Shown here piece by piece: positions 1 through 9,932 of a DNA stretch of 64,000 nt; the first letter of the stretch is position 1; every line of letters begins with the position of its first letter. Source of the stretch: Pseudomonadota bacterium. GTDB taxonomy: Bacteria > Desulfobacterota > Desulfobacteria > Desulfobacterales > RPRI01. A program made the position numbers and the translations under genes. The notes below the pieces were generated by a model. That model searched no databases. It was not told where the DNA came from and saw only the letters and a program-made list of their open reading frames with translations. Location: NCBI GenBank assembly GCA_043825875.1, contig JBDRRF010000083.1:74032-138031 (forward strand). Reading direction: 5' to 3'.

Positions 1-231
1 AAGGATCTCAGAGTGGCTGTCCCATACCAAGCCTTTTCTTTACATTTACCTTTGAGGATATGGCAGGTAAATCTCGTTTTTCTACCCAGATCAGTTATAG
101 AAGTTGTTCAAAGTATTTTAGCCTCATAAACGACCAGAAAACGACACAAAGCTTTGTCAGGGTATTTACAAAACTGTCAGAAGAACTCAACTTGCAAACT
201 TTTGATGATTAACAAAGAAAACGTGGGAAAG

Positions 232-516
232 ATGCATCATATAATTGTCAGGGGAATTGACAGGCAGAAAATATTTAAAAATGATGAAGACCGGAATCAT
301 TTTCTAAGCCGTCTGCGTATTATTCTGACAGAAACGAAAACAGATTGCTATGCATGGGCTCTTATCCCCAACCATTTTCATTTACTGCTAAGAACCGGCA
401 ACATTTCCATCTCAACGACAATGAGAAGGTTTTTGAGAAGGGGGACGAAAGGATTTTGGGAGATGGCGAATTTGTTTAAAGTGTTCTTAAAGCTGCTAAC
501 GAGCAAAGGCAAATAA
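232..516 (+). pseudogene. REP-associated tyrosine transposase (RAYT/Y1_Tnp) remnant, internally deleted
   Basis: HHIIVRGIDRQKIF...YAWALIPNHFHLLL (HuH motif). Just after, another frame reads KGDERILGDGEFV*SVLKAANE, resembling the distal motif of this RAYT subgroup; the middle is missing and there is an in-frame stop. Confidence 0.85.
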
Positions 517-614
517 ATATTTGCTTTTTGATAAATAAGTTTATAAGTGTAATACGTAACCTATCTTCCACCTATCTTCCTCGACCGCTCAACCTTAGAA
601 AAAGGAAATGATTA

Positions 615-1544
615 ATGCATATTTTAAAGTTGTCTCTTTATATAACCTTAATTCTGTTGTGCATCAGTAGTAATTTTGTTGTTGCCGGAAGTAACCAGCG
701 GGGAAATCCCCCTGTAAAAGGAAAAGAAGCATTAAACGGTGAGATCGAGAAAAACAGTTTTCCAATTATAGAGATGCAACCTGATACTTCAATATGCTTA
801 GAGGCGTGCATAAGGCGCAATCAAATGGCTTCTGTAGGGTTTGCTATAATTCAGGAACAATGTCGATCAGAGTGCAATTTTGAGAGTACTCTTGCTCTAT
901 TGGAATCCTCTAACAAAGAAGATTATGCAAGAGGAGTAAAAGCCTTAACTGAGATGAACGATAACAGGGCGGTGATTCCTCTTATAATAGCTCTGAAAAA
1001 GGATTTAGAAGAAAGAACAGGCTTATGGGCATGGATAATTCCAGCACTTGGTTCTTTAGGAGATCCGGCGGCCACCTCAGTGCTAATACAAACATTAACC
1101 ATAAACGATGATTATTGGCTTGGAAGAGAAATGTCAGCCAAAGCCTTGGGTAACATCGGTGACCCATCAGCTATTCAACCCTTACTTAGTGCTGCCTCAC
1201 GGGCAGATACTCGTGATTCAGCCATAAAAGCTTTAGTTAATTTCCAGGATAAACGTGCAGTAAATATATTTTTATCAGCCTTAGATCCAGAGGAAGAGGA
1301 GCAAACTCGTGAAGCAGCTATCAAAGGCCTTCACCTTCTGGGATCAATCGCAGTTCCCGAAATGATTGAGGCGTTTGCCTATTTCTCATCGGAACATCCA
1401 GAAACATCAAAACGGCTCGCTTTATGCCGCCTATTAGGTAATAGTGGGGATGAGCGAGCAATCAAGATGCTTCAGAAAAGCGTGACTGATCCTGATAAGA
1501 TAATAACACAATGTGCAGAAGAATTTCTCCAAGTACAGAAATAG
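615..1544 (+). CDS. HEAT/PBS-lyase repeat protein, probably exported
   Basis: N-terminal hydrophobic signal; repeated ALGxLGDPxA..L units. Confidence 0.8.
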   Translation: MHILKLSLYITLILLCISSNFVVAGSNQRGNPPVKGKEALNGEIEKNSFPIIEMQPDTSICLEACIRRNQMASVGFAIIQEQCRSECNFESTLALLESSNKEDYARGVKALTEMNDNRAVIPLIIALKKDLEERTGLWAWIIPALGSLGDPAATSVLIQTLTINDDYWLGREMSAKALGNIGDPSAIQPLLSAASRADTRDSAIKALVNFQDKRAVNIFLSALDPEEEEQTREAAIKGLHLLGSIAVPEMIEAFAYFSSEHPETSKRLALCRLLGNSGDERAIKMLQKSVTDPDKIITQCAEEFLQVQK

Positions 1545-1572
1545 AACCAAGGTGTCTGAGAATAGGTGAAAT

Positions 1573-2031
1573 ATGAAAAAGAAAACTATAGCGGGCCTTT
1601 TAGTTGCTTTTGTAATTTTCGTCTGTTTTGTTTTGTGGCTATTAACCGGAGTAAATGAAAAAGGGCACCAGACCAATGGAGGCGATTATGCAGAAAACCT
1701 TCGCCGTTCTAATCTTGCCATTTCTTTAAAGGTTGATGCTGAGGAGTACTATAAACAACACAAGCAATACCCTCAAATCGCAGAACTCTACCCTTCTCCC
1801 GATATACTCTTAATTGATTATCTGAAATCAGGCGTGATTTCCTACGGTACAGATAAAACATCCTTTTGTGTACGCTATATTAATAGCGATCAACGTTTCC
1901 AAAGGCCTGGCCAAAAGTATGCTATGAGCTGGAATGGTAAGCAATACTGCAGCAAAAAGGAGCACCTATTGGGTGTTTCAGAAGATTGGCAGGCAGATAG
2001 TGATGGTTTTTATATACACGATCTCCACTAG
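1573..2031 (+). CDS. hypothetical membrane-anchored protein
   Basis: 152-aa ORF, AGGTG RBS, N-terminal TM helix. Confidence 0.65.
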   Translation: MKKKTIAGLLVAFVIFVCFVLWLLTGVNEKGHQTNGGDYAENLRRSNLAISLKVDAEEYYKQHKQYPQIAELYPSPDILLIDYLKSGVISYGTDKTSFCVRYINSDQRFQRPGQKYAMSWNGKQYCSKKEHLLGVSEDWQADSDGFYIHDLH

Positions 2032-2042
2032 ACCGCCTTTCT

Positions 2043-3131
2043 TCAATAGCGACGGATCTCCCCGGTTTTACAGTTTCTAGGCTTACGATCACTTCCCCAT
2101 TTTGTGCAGTAACTTAATGAACCATCTCTGTTATAATTATATTGAAGGGTTGGTTCCCCTTTGAAGAAATTAGTTTCTTTCGATGTCTGTCCATTGTCGT
2201 ACCACTGCGCACTATCCCCATGTTGTATGCCGTCTGAATAAGTTGTGAATCTCATACGATAAACAGCGCCAGATTTCGATACCGAATAAATATCTTGTAT
2301 CCCGTTACGCTTACCATTGGAATAATTTGTTCTCTGATTTGCATAAGAAAAATTATGCTCATTACTCCAAGCATAATTTGTTACGAGACCCTCGCGTTTT
2401 CCATTCACATACGCTTCTTCAAGCTTAAGATAACCATTCCCAAAATAAGCGCAATTTCTATATGTGTTGCCAGAAGTTTGACCATTTGGATATGCCCTAA
2501 ACGAAGATCGGTTATCTGGTTTCATTTTAGGGCAACTGGAATAGTTGTCATTGCTCGCATTATTCCAATTGCCGTCATAAGACTCTCTTTGAGAATCTTT
2601 TATGTCGGTTCCATTGGAAGATGCTACAAAGCTTTCATATGACATTGGATTTAAATGCTCCTCAGATGCCATTCCCCCTACAAGATCATTAAAGGAAGAG
2701 CCACTATATGACGCGTCGCTAGTCTGATGGTTCGTATTGTTATTTAAGTTTATATGCGGGTTAGGAGAGTTTTCACGCTCTTTAATTAGAACTTCAAGCT
2801 CAGGAAGCACCCTTATACGAAGGTCTGCTTTGACTTTTTGGGAAACATTAATATTATGCGTCATTGCCGCAACTTTTTGTTCTAATGTTATGTTACCCAT
2901 AAGCATTATTTTCTCTGTCATCATTTTTTCGAACCGCTCACGACTGACAAACTTCCCCGGCACATCATCAAACCCTATGAACCAAAAAACATCAGGATTA
3001 TTGGCTATATCATTATACATTTTGTACTGCGCTTTGAGCTCTTCCACTGACAAATTACTCTGCCCAAAGGCGGGCATGCTCAGAAGCAAAACAAAACAAA
3101 CTAAACTTATGAGGTGGCTTTTTACACGCAT
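2043..3131 (-). CDS. exported protein with C-terminal MORN-variant (YwqK-like) repeats
   Basis: Signal peptide; repeats YVNGKREG, YSNGKRNG, YSDGIQHG, WYDNGQ. Confidence 0.7.
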   Translation of the reverse strand: MRVKSHLISLVCFVLLLSMPAFGQSNLSVEELKAQYKMYNDIANNPDVFWFIGFDDVPGKFVSRERFEKMMTEKIMLMGNITLEQKVAAMTHNINVSQKVKADLRIRVLPELEVLIKERENSPNPHINLNNNTNHQTSDASYSGSSFNDLVGGMASEEHLNPMSYESFVASSNGTDIKDSQRESYDGNWNNASNDNYSSCPKMKPDNRSSFRAYPNGQTSGNTYRNCAYFGNGYLKLEEAYVNGKREGLVTNYAWSNEHNFSYANQRTNYSNGKRNGIQDIYSVSKSGAVYRMRFTTYSDGIQHGDSAQWYDNGQTSKETNFFKGEPTLQYNYNRDGSLSYCTKWGSDRKPRNCKTGEIRRY

Positions 3132-3453
3132 TAATTATTTCCTTTTTATAAAAACTGAGATGATCATCAAGAGCGCGACTTAGTGCGACCGGAAGCTGCC
3201 CATTGAGAAGGATAGGTTAATGCTGTTTTGCCTTTTGTCAAGTTGCAAGACGCGCCCAAAACCCGCTATTGATATTTACAAAGGTGTATTATTGGCATTA
3301 TTTAATCAGCTTGAACTATTTATCAAAACCTGAATTCATCCCTTTCAGAGAAAGCGTAAGATCTTCGATTCTGCCCGAACTGAGTGTGCCCTCCTTGGGG
3401 GCAGTTTGGGGCCCTTTAGTTTTATAGTTAATCTCTGAAAACTTAGGCTTACA

Positions 3454-3792
3454 AACTATTGATCTTCTGCCTGATAACATCGGTCGTTGCCGCCCGATGC
3501 GCTTTCGCTTCAGCCTTAGGATTCGGTGGCAGTTCCATCCTTTTCAGGATGGGCCTCGGTCCGACTTCCATAGCCACAAACAATCGCTATTTCAGACAGG
3601 TCTCCCCGGATAAGAACGTGAACTTTCGCTACACAACCGCTGTACCCTATCTCCTGAATCCTGGGCTTCGTTATTTTGTGCTAACTTACCCGGAGACTGA
3701 GCCATATATGCTGTTTCTGTTCGTAGGCTCATAGCTTTGCACTTAGGGTTCCTTCAGACAACTCCTCACGAGCCCTTGCCTTCGGTTAATAT
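3454..3792 (-). mobile_element. group II intron ribozyme remnant (domains I-III, class C-like), no RT ORF
   Basis: + strand CAGGTCTCCCCGGATAAGAACGTGAACTTTCG...TTTCTGTTCGTAGGCTCATAGCTTTGC...TTCCTTCAGA...CCCTTGCCTTCGG resembles the reverse complement of bacterial group II intron 5' domains; recognised from memory. Confidence 0.7.
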
Positions 3793-3834
3793 TTATGCTC
3801 AGAAGAGATTGGTGTCACCCAGTAAAGGGTTATC

Positions 3835-3896
3835 AAACCTTGATTTGTGATTTAAGATAATAAAGGGCAAGGCAGTAATCACACAGATCAAGGTTT
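3835..3896. repeat. imperfect palindrome
   Basis: AAACCTTGATTTGTGATT ... AATCACACAGATCAAGGTTT. Confidence 0.6.
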
Positions 3897-4264
3897 AACC
3901 CCAATTCCCAATATGATTTATTGCAAATCTTATGGTTGTTAGCAAATCTCTTTATGTCCCCAAATCTGATGACCAAATATTACATTCACCAAAATTTCTG
4001 CTCTATATAGCATTTTATTGGTTAACATTTTATTTGACACAATTAGCTATGAGAGCTAAAATAAATTATATGGTTGTGAATGGGTGCCCCGAATGAGCCT
4101 TTTAGCCAAATTCGCTTTATAAATCAAACGTACAAGTAGCGGAACGCTGAGCGATGGAATCTGGCACAGAAATTGTTTATATAATAAGCAGCGAATACAT
4201 GAACAGCCACAAAAAGCATTCCTGGAACTCCAAAAAGCATCATCAATTAAAAGGAAAAAGTGTC

Positions 4265-5039
4265 ATGTAAAAAGCAATGTATTGCTTAGCGCTGATCACA
4301 ACGGTTCCCTCTTTGTTTTTAATCAATGCCAGTCTGTTCGCGTCCGATATGGATGACCGCTGAATCAACCGCAAAACAGTTTTATGTGTTCAAGACCTAC
4401 CTCAAGGGTGATGATATTGACATCCAGGCCAAGGCTTGCGTTGTCACATTGACCGAGACTGTTCCCGAAGAAGCCCACATACAATTGGCCCGGGAGATCA
4501 TGGATAACATGCCAGGAGTTAAAAGCGTTGCGAAAACTGTTAGCAAAAAGCGAAGTCCCTGCTGAGTTCTCGGAGGTGTGACCCGTTACCAATGTAAACA
4601 CAACACTTTTGTTCCATCGGAACGTGAGCGCCGCCAAAACTGAGGTTTTCGCAAAAGATTGGACCGTCACATTGCAGGGCGCGGTCTCCAGCGGGGCCTC
4701 AAAGAACCTGACGACTGAATACGCCCAGGATGTAGAAGATGTTAATAACGTTAAAATGAGCTGGCGGTTTTAAGTGCCAGAATGAGTCCAGAAAATAAAA
4801 CGGTGGGTGAAAAGATGGATGCCGTGGTAGAATCGATTGATGATGCGTCCATCAACGCCATGATCAAGACAACGTTGCTGTATCATCGCTCGACCAGCGC
4901 CCTTAAAACCACTGTCGAAACCAAAGAAGGCGGGAAGGCTGAAAAGAATTTGGCCACCAAACATACGAGTTATGTTCACGGTGTGAAGAGCATGATTAAT
5001 AACATGACTATCGAGAGAACCAAGTCCAAAACCAAATAG
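4265..5039 (+). pseudogene. multi-BON domain (OsmY-like) protein, frameshifted
   Basis: BON-like pieces in different frames: FKTYLKGDDIDIQAK..VVTLT..PGVKSV and IDDASINAMIKTTLLYHRSTSALKTTVETKEG...GVKSMINNMTI. Confidence 0.75.
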
Positions 5040-5150
5040 ACTGCCGGGGTTGGCGAGCAGTCATACGATGGATGGGTTTATCCACGTTTTGCTTGTAATC
5101 GCAATTGTATTGGTTCTGATCAGAATCATTCAAAACCGGAAATTCCTTAA
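5040..5150 (+). pseudogene. lmo0937-family small membrane protein remnant
   Basis: Reads GFIHVLLVIAIVLVLIRIIQNRK; N-terminus missing. Confidence 0.55.
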
Positions 5151-5193
5151 CCACCCAGCTAATTTTTGAAATCAAGTCTGAAAGGAGAAACTC

Positions 5194-8100
5194 ATGACTC
5201 CTGAACGGAATACCGTTACGACGTTTATAAGATTTATAATCCGGCTGACAGGTTTTCAGATCGCCGTCTGCATGCGACAGTTTGAGCGTCCGGCGCGTGT
5301 GACATCGCTAATGACAGCGAGGGGCAACCATGTTTCGACATTGTGGCGACAGATAGCTCTTATCGCAGCGATTGTGTGTGTCTTTGTCGCTGGCCAAGTT
5401 CAGGGGAATGGCACGAATCCAACCGTGGTTGAGGGTCAGGCCGGCTTTTCCACTCAGGGTAGTACGCTAAGCATCACCAACAGCCCGGGGGCAATTATCC
5501 ACTGGCAGGGGTTCTCAATCGATGCGAACGAAACCACACGCTTCATCCAGCAAAGCGCCGCTTCGAGCGTCCTCAATCGCGTCATCGGTTCCGATCCTTC
5601 GGTTATCCTCGGGACTCTCACATCAAACGGCCGGGTCTTCCTGATCAATCCCAGCGGCATCCTGGTCGGGCAGGGCGCACACATCGATGTAGCCGGGCTG
5701 GTAGCCTCAACTCTCAACCTGAGCAACCAGGACTTTCTCGCGGGTCGGCTCAATTTCGCCTCCAATCCGCTTGCCGGCACAGTGGAAAACCAGGGTAGTA
5801 TCACCACGCCTTCGGGTGGCAGCGTCTATCTGGTCGGATCAAACGTCACCAACAGCGGCATCATAAGCAGCCCGCAGGGCGACGTGATCCTTGCCGCCGG
5901 CCAGTCGGCAAAGATTTTCGACTCCAGTACACCGGGGGTGAAGGTCGAACTCACAGCGAGCGATAACGCCGCCGTCAACCTCGGCGAGATCCTTGCACAA
6001 AGCGGGGAAATCGGCATTTACGGCGCTGCGCTGCGGAACGCTGGCATCATCAATGCCGACCAGGTGGTGCGGGACGCAAGCGGCAAACTCGTCCTGCGTG
6101 CAAAGCAGAGCGTGACCCTCGAAGCCGGCAGCCGTATCTGCGCCAACGGCGAGCTGGCCGGCGAGGTCATGGTCCAGTCTGAATCTGGCACCACGCTGGT
6201 GTACGGCACAATCGAAGCCAAAGGCACTGGCACGGGACAGACCGGCGGCACAGTACGGGTGCTGGGTGACAAGGTCGACCTGCTCGATCACGCTCATATT
6301 AATGTGTCCGGCAACGCCGGTGGCGGGACGGTGCTGGTCGGTGGCAATTTCCACGGTACCGGGCCGGAGCAAACCGCCTTTGCCGCCACAATTAGCGCCA
6401 ACTCCAGCATCAACGCCGATGCGATCAATTCCGGCAACGGTGGCAGGATAGCTATCTGGTCGGACGGCGACACCTCTGTGGCCGGCATGCTGACTGCGCA
6501 CGGCGGAACGAATTCCGGCGATGGTGGTTTCATCGAAACCTCCGGTCACAACCTGTCGATTGCAGAAAGCACTCGTGTTAACACACTGGCTTCTCAAGGG
6601 AAGACTGGCACATGGCTGATCGATCCGCAGGACTTCACCGTAGCAGCGAGCGGCGGGGACATCACGGGGACTGCGCTCTCCTCCAATATAGGGACGACTG
6701 ATGTTGAAGTGCAAAGCAGCGGCGGGGGGACGCCGGGAAGCGGTAACGTGAACATTAATGACGCGGTGGCCTGGAGCGCGAACAATATCCTGACGCTCAC
6801 CGCTTCCAACAACGTCAATATCAACGCCAACATTACAGCAACCGGTAACACAGCCGGCCTTGTCATCAATCCAAATACCGCGAATGGAGCCGATTCAGCA
6901 AGTGGAACGGGCGTGTTCAATCTTAACGGTGCATCCATAACATTATCCGGGACCAGTCCGAGTCTGGCTATCGCAGGCGCAAGCTATACCGTGATCAACG
7001 ACCTGGGCTCTGCGGGTAGTACCACGGCCGCCGATCTGCAGGGGATGAGCGGCGACCGGACCGCCAACTACGCCTTGGGCAGCAACATTAATGCTTCAGA
7101 AACCGCCAGCTGGAATGCTGGCATGGGTTTCACGCCAATTGGAAATTTGGCCACCCCTTTTACCGGCATTTTCGACGGGCTGGGCCACACTGTATCCATG
7201 CTCACTATTAATCTGGCAACGCCCGATGTCGGACTGTTTGGGGTAACCGGGAGCGGCACCATCATTCGGAATGTGGGTCTGGTTGGCAGCAACATAACTG
7301 GCCTTGCAGGGACCGGCGCACTTGTTGGAAACAACGGGCCAGACACCTCTATCATCAATAGCTACAGCTCAGGAAGCGTGAGTGGTGCTGCCGGCACGGG
7401 CGGGTTGGTTGGAAGCAGCACGACAGGTTCAATCAGTAACAGTTATTCCACCAGTAGCGTGACTGGTGACGCTGGCACCGGTGGACTGATAGGTAGCAAT
7501 ACATCGGGTGCGATTAGTAAAAGTTATGCCACTGGAGATGTGAGTGGCGCTGCCGGCGCGGGCGGGCTGGTTGGCAGCAACACGTCGGGTGTGATCAGCA
7601 CCAGCTACGCTACTGGCAGCGTGAGCGGCGCTGCCGGCACAGGCGGACTGATCGGAAGCAACACTTCGGGCGCGATCAACAATAGCTACGCCACGGGCGG
7701 CGTGAACGGGGGGACGGGCGCTGGTGTCGGCGGCCTGATCGGGAGTAATACATCAGGCACCATTATGAACAGTTATGCCGCTGGCGGTGTGAGCGGAACC
7801 GGTGCCAGCCGCGGAGCGCTCATCGGAAGCAGCAACGCCAACGTCGTCTCCAATAGCTACTGGGACAAAACGACATCAATCGAGCAGAGTTCAGCGGGCG
7901 GCGGCATTGGCATGACCACCGCAGAGATGATGGCACAAGCCAATTTTACTTCGGCGACTACTGCAAACAGCCCCGACAATCCAGCATGGGACTTTGTCAA
8001 TACCTGGACGATGTACGAAGGTATTACTTACCCACTGCTAAGTGATTTCATAACACCGCTTACGGTTACGGCGAATAACGACGTCAAGACTTATGATGGA

Positions 8101-9894
8101 CAATTGTATTCCGGCGGAAACGGTGTGACCTATTCCGCGCTGGTCAATGGCATTGCGCCCGCCGGCACCTTGAGCTACAGCGGCACCTCACAGGGCGCAA
8201 TAAATGCCAACAGCTATGTCATTACGCCGGGCGGGCTGCAACCCGACCAGCACTACCTCATCACCTTTATCGATGGTACGTTGACCATCGATCAGAAGGC
8301 GCTGACAGCGGTGGACCTGATCGGGAGCGTGACTAAGCAGTATGACGGATTTAACACTGTTGCCAATCTGACAACGGGCAACTACAGCATCACAGGGTTT
8401 ATAGCCGGGGAAGGCGCGACAATCGGGGTGACCTCCGGAACGTACGACGCAGGCAAGAATGTGCAGGGTCCGAACAGCGGCGTGACCTCCGCGCTCCTGG
8501 CGGGACTCGATTACACCGGCACTGGCGCGACCTTGCTGACCAACTACGACCTGAGCGGAGTCACGGGTGTGAGCGCAACCGGTAACATCGGCGCGATCAC
8601 AGCCAAAGCGCTGAGCCTGACTCCGGTTTCTGACAGCAAGCAATATGACGGTCTTATTACCTCAACGGCAGCCGTCACCGTCGTTGGCAATGTGGCCGGG
8701 GACACCGTTACGGTAGCCGAGGAATACGCCTCCAAAAACGTGTTGGGCCTGAACGGCAGCACACTCGGCATCAAGGCCGGCTACACCATTGTTGACGGCG
8801 CATCTGCCGACATGAGCGGCAACTACACCGTCACCACCAACACCGCAGCTGGCACCATCATAGCGCTGGGGATCACGGGCAGCATCACGGCGGCCAACAA
8901 GGTTTACAACGGGAACGATACGGCGACAATTGCAACCCGCACGCTTACCGGCGCGATTGTCGGGGACGATGTAAGCTATATCGGCGGCTCGGCCCTCTTT
9001 AGCGACAAGAACGCGGGCACTGGCAAAACGGTGACGGGCACCGGCCTGAGCCTCGATGGGACTAACGCTGGCAACTACACGGTCAACGACACGGCTACCA
9101 CCCTGGCAAACATTACCCCAGCGCAGCTGGGCATTGCAGCGAATAGCACGACCCGTCTTTATGGGGAAGCGAACCCGGCATTCAGCGCCACTTTCACCGG
9201 CTTCCAGAACGGGGAGACGACTGCGGCGCTGACCGGTACGCTGGAGTTCGCCACCCCAGCCTTTCCGAGCTCCAATGTGGGCAACTATTCCATCATCCCG
9301 TCCGGCCAGAGTTCGACGAACTATACCATTACTTATGTCAATGGCCTCCTGGGTGTGACCCCGGTGTCCCTGATGGTTACCGCTGACGCCAAGAGCAAGG
9401 TTTACGGCACGAGTGATCCGACCTTGACCTTTAGCGCCACTGGGTTGGTAAACAACCCGGCACTTGGCGTCGTCGACACCGCAGATACCGTACTCTCAGG
9501 TGCGCTCACGCGCGTCCCCGGGGAGAGTGCGTTGGGCGGGCCGTACGCAATTACCCAGGGCACACTCGCGGCCAACAGCAACTACGCCCTTGGCTTTACG
9601 CACAATAATCTCATCATCATTGGTGCTGCTGCGGAGCCAGTTTTGGGTTTCAACGCGGGGCAGATCGTTTTCGCAGGAGTAATCAACAACGAGTTCTACT
9701 ACCGCCCGGGTAACTTCTGGCATATCTCTCTGAATCCAAACAACGCTGACCCTGGATTCGACGTGATGAGGGGAACCAACGATTTGAACTCACGCTTGCG
9801 CCGAAGCTTGAATCCTTGCGATTCTATTTTCGGGGGGGGATTTTGTGAAACATGGTCATTCCCGCAGCAACGCGAGAAAATCGATGAAAAATAA
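5194..9894 (+). CDS. TpsA filamentous haemagglutinin-type exoprotein (TPS domain, GLUG-like repeats, MBG/YDG-like domains)
   Basis: WQGFSI...VLNRV...VFLINPSGI secretion domain; WLIDP; GGLV/IGSN..SYAT repeats; KTYDG/KQYDG/KVYG repeats; AAGGAG RBS. Confidence 0.92.
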   Translation: MTPERNTVTTFIRFIIRLTGFQIAVCMRQFERPARVTSLMTARGNHVSTLWRQIALIAAIVCVFVAGQVQGNGTNPTVVEGQAGFSTQGSTLSITNSPGAIIHWQGFSIDANETTRFIQQSAASSVLNRVIGSDPSVILGTLTSNGRVFLINPSGILVGQGAHIDVAGLVASTLNLSNQDFLAGRLNFASNPLAGTVENQGSITTPSGGSVYLVGSNVTNSGIISSPQGDVILAAGQSAKIFDSSTPGVKVELTASDNAAVNLGEILAQSGEIGIYGAALRNAGIINADQVVRDASGKLVLRAKQSVTLEAGSRICANGELAGEVMVQSESGTTLVYGTIEAKGTGTGQTGGTVRVLGDKVDLLDHAHINVSGNAGGGTVLVGGNFHGTGPEQTAFAATISANSSINADAINSGNGGRIAIWSDGDTSVAGMLTAHGGTNSGDGGFIETSGHNLSIAESTRVNTLASQGKTGTWLIDPQDFTVAASGGDITGTALSSNIGTTDVEVQSSGGGTPGSGNVNINDAVAWSANNILTLTASNNVNINANITATGNTAGLVINPNTANGADSASGTGVFNLNGASITLSGTSPSLAIAGASYTVINDLGSAGSTTAADLQGMSGDRTANYALGSNINASETASWNAGMGFTPIGNLATPFTGIFDGLGHTVSMLTINLATPDVGLFGVTGSGTIIRNVGLVGSNITGLAGTGALVGNNGPDTSIINSYSSGSVSGAAGTGGLVGSSTTGSISNSYSTSSVTGDAGTGGLIGSNTSGAISKSYATGDVSGAAGAGGLVGSNTSGVISTSYATGSVSGAAGTGGLIGSNTSGAINNSYATGGVNGGTGAGVGGLIGSNTSGTIMNSYAAGGVSGTGASRGALIGSSNANVVSNSYWDKTTSIEQSSAGGGIGMTTAEMMAQANFTSATTANSPDNPAWDFVNTWTMYEGITYPLLSDFITPLTVTANNDVKTYDGQLYSGGNGVTYSALVNGIAPAGTLSYSGTSQGAINANSYVITPGGLQPDQHYLITFIDGTLTIDQKALTAVDLIGSVTKQYDGFNTVANLTTGNYSITGFIAGEGATIGVTSGTYDAGKNVQGPNSGVTSALLAGLDYTGTGATLLTNYDLSGVTGVSATGNIGAITAKALSLTPVSDSKQYDGLITSTAAVTVVGNVAGDTVTVAEEYASKNVLGLNGSTLGIKAGYTIVDGASADMSGNYTVTTNTAAGTIIALGITGSITAANKVYNGNDTATIATRTLTGAIVGDDVSYIGGSALFSDKNAGTGKTVTGTGLSLDGTNAGNYTVNDTATTLANITPAQLGIAANSTTRLYGEANPAFSATFTGFQNGETTAALTGTLEFATPAFPSSNVGNYSIIPSGQSSTNYTITYVNGLLGVTPVSLMVTADAKSKVYGTSDPTLTFSATGLVNNPALGVVDTADTVLSGALTRVPGESALGGPYAITQGTLAANSNYALGFTHNNLIIIGAAAEPVLGFNAGQIVFAGVINNEFYYRPGNFWHISLNPNNADPGFDVMRGTNDLNSRLRRSLNPCDSIFGGGFCETWSFPQQREKIDEK

Positions 9895-9932
9895 GTTATT
9901 GTGCAGGATCGGGTTTCAAGAAAGGTAACGAT

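Noticed and set aside
4162..4177. sigma54 promoter-like TGGCAC boxes (also at 56584)
   Set aside because: The -12 element is TTGT rather than TTGC and no intact gene follows closely
5194..9894. CdiA contact-dependent toxin
   Set aside because: No VENN-type motif, recognisable toxin tip or downstream immunity gene
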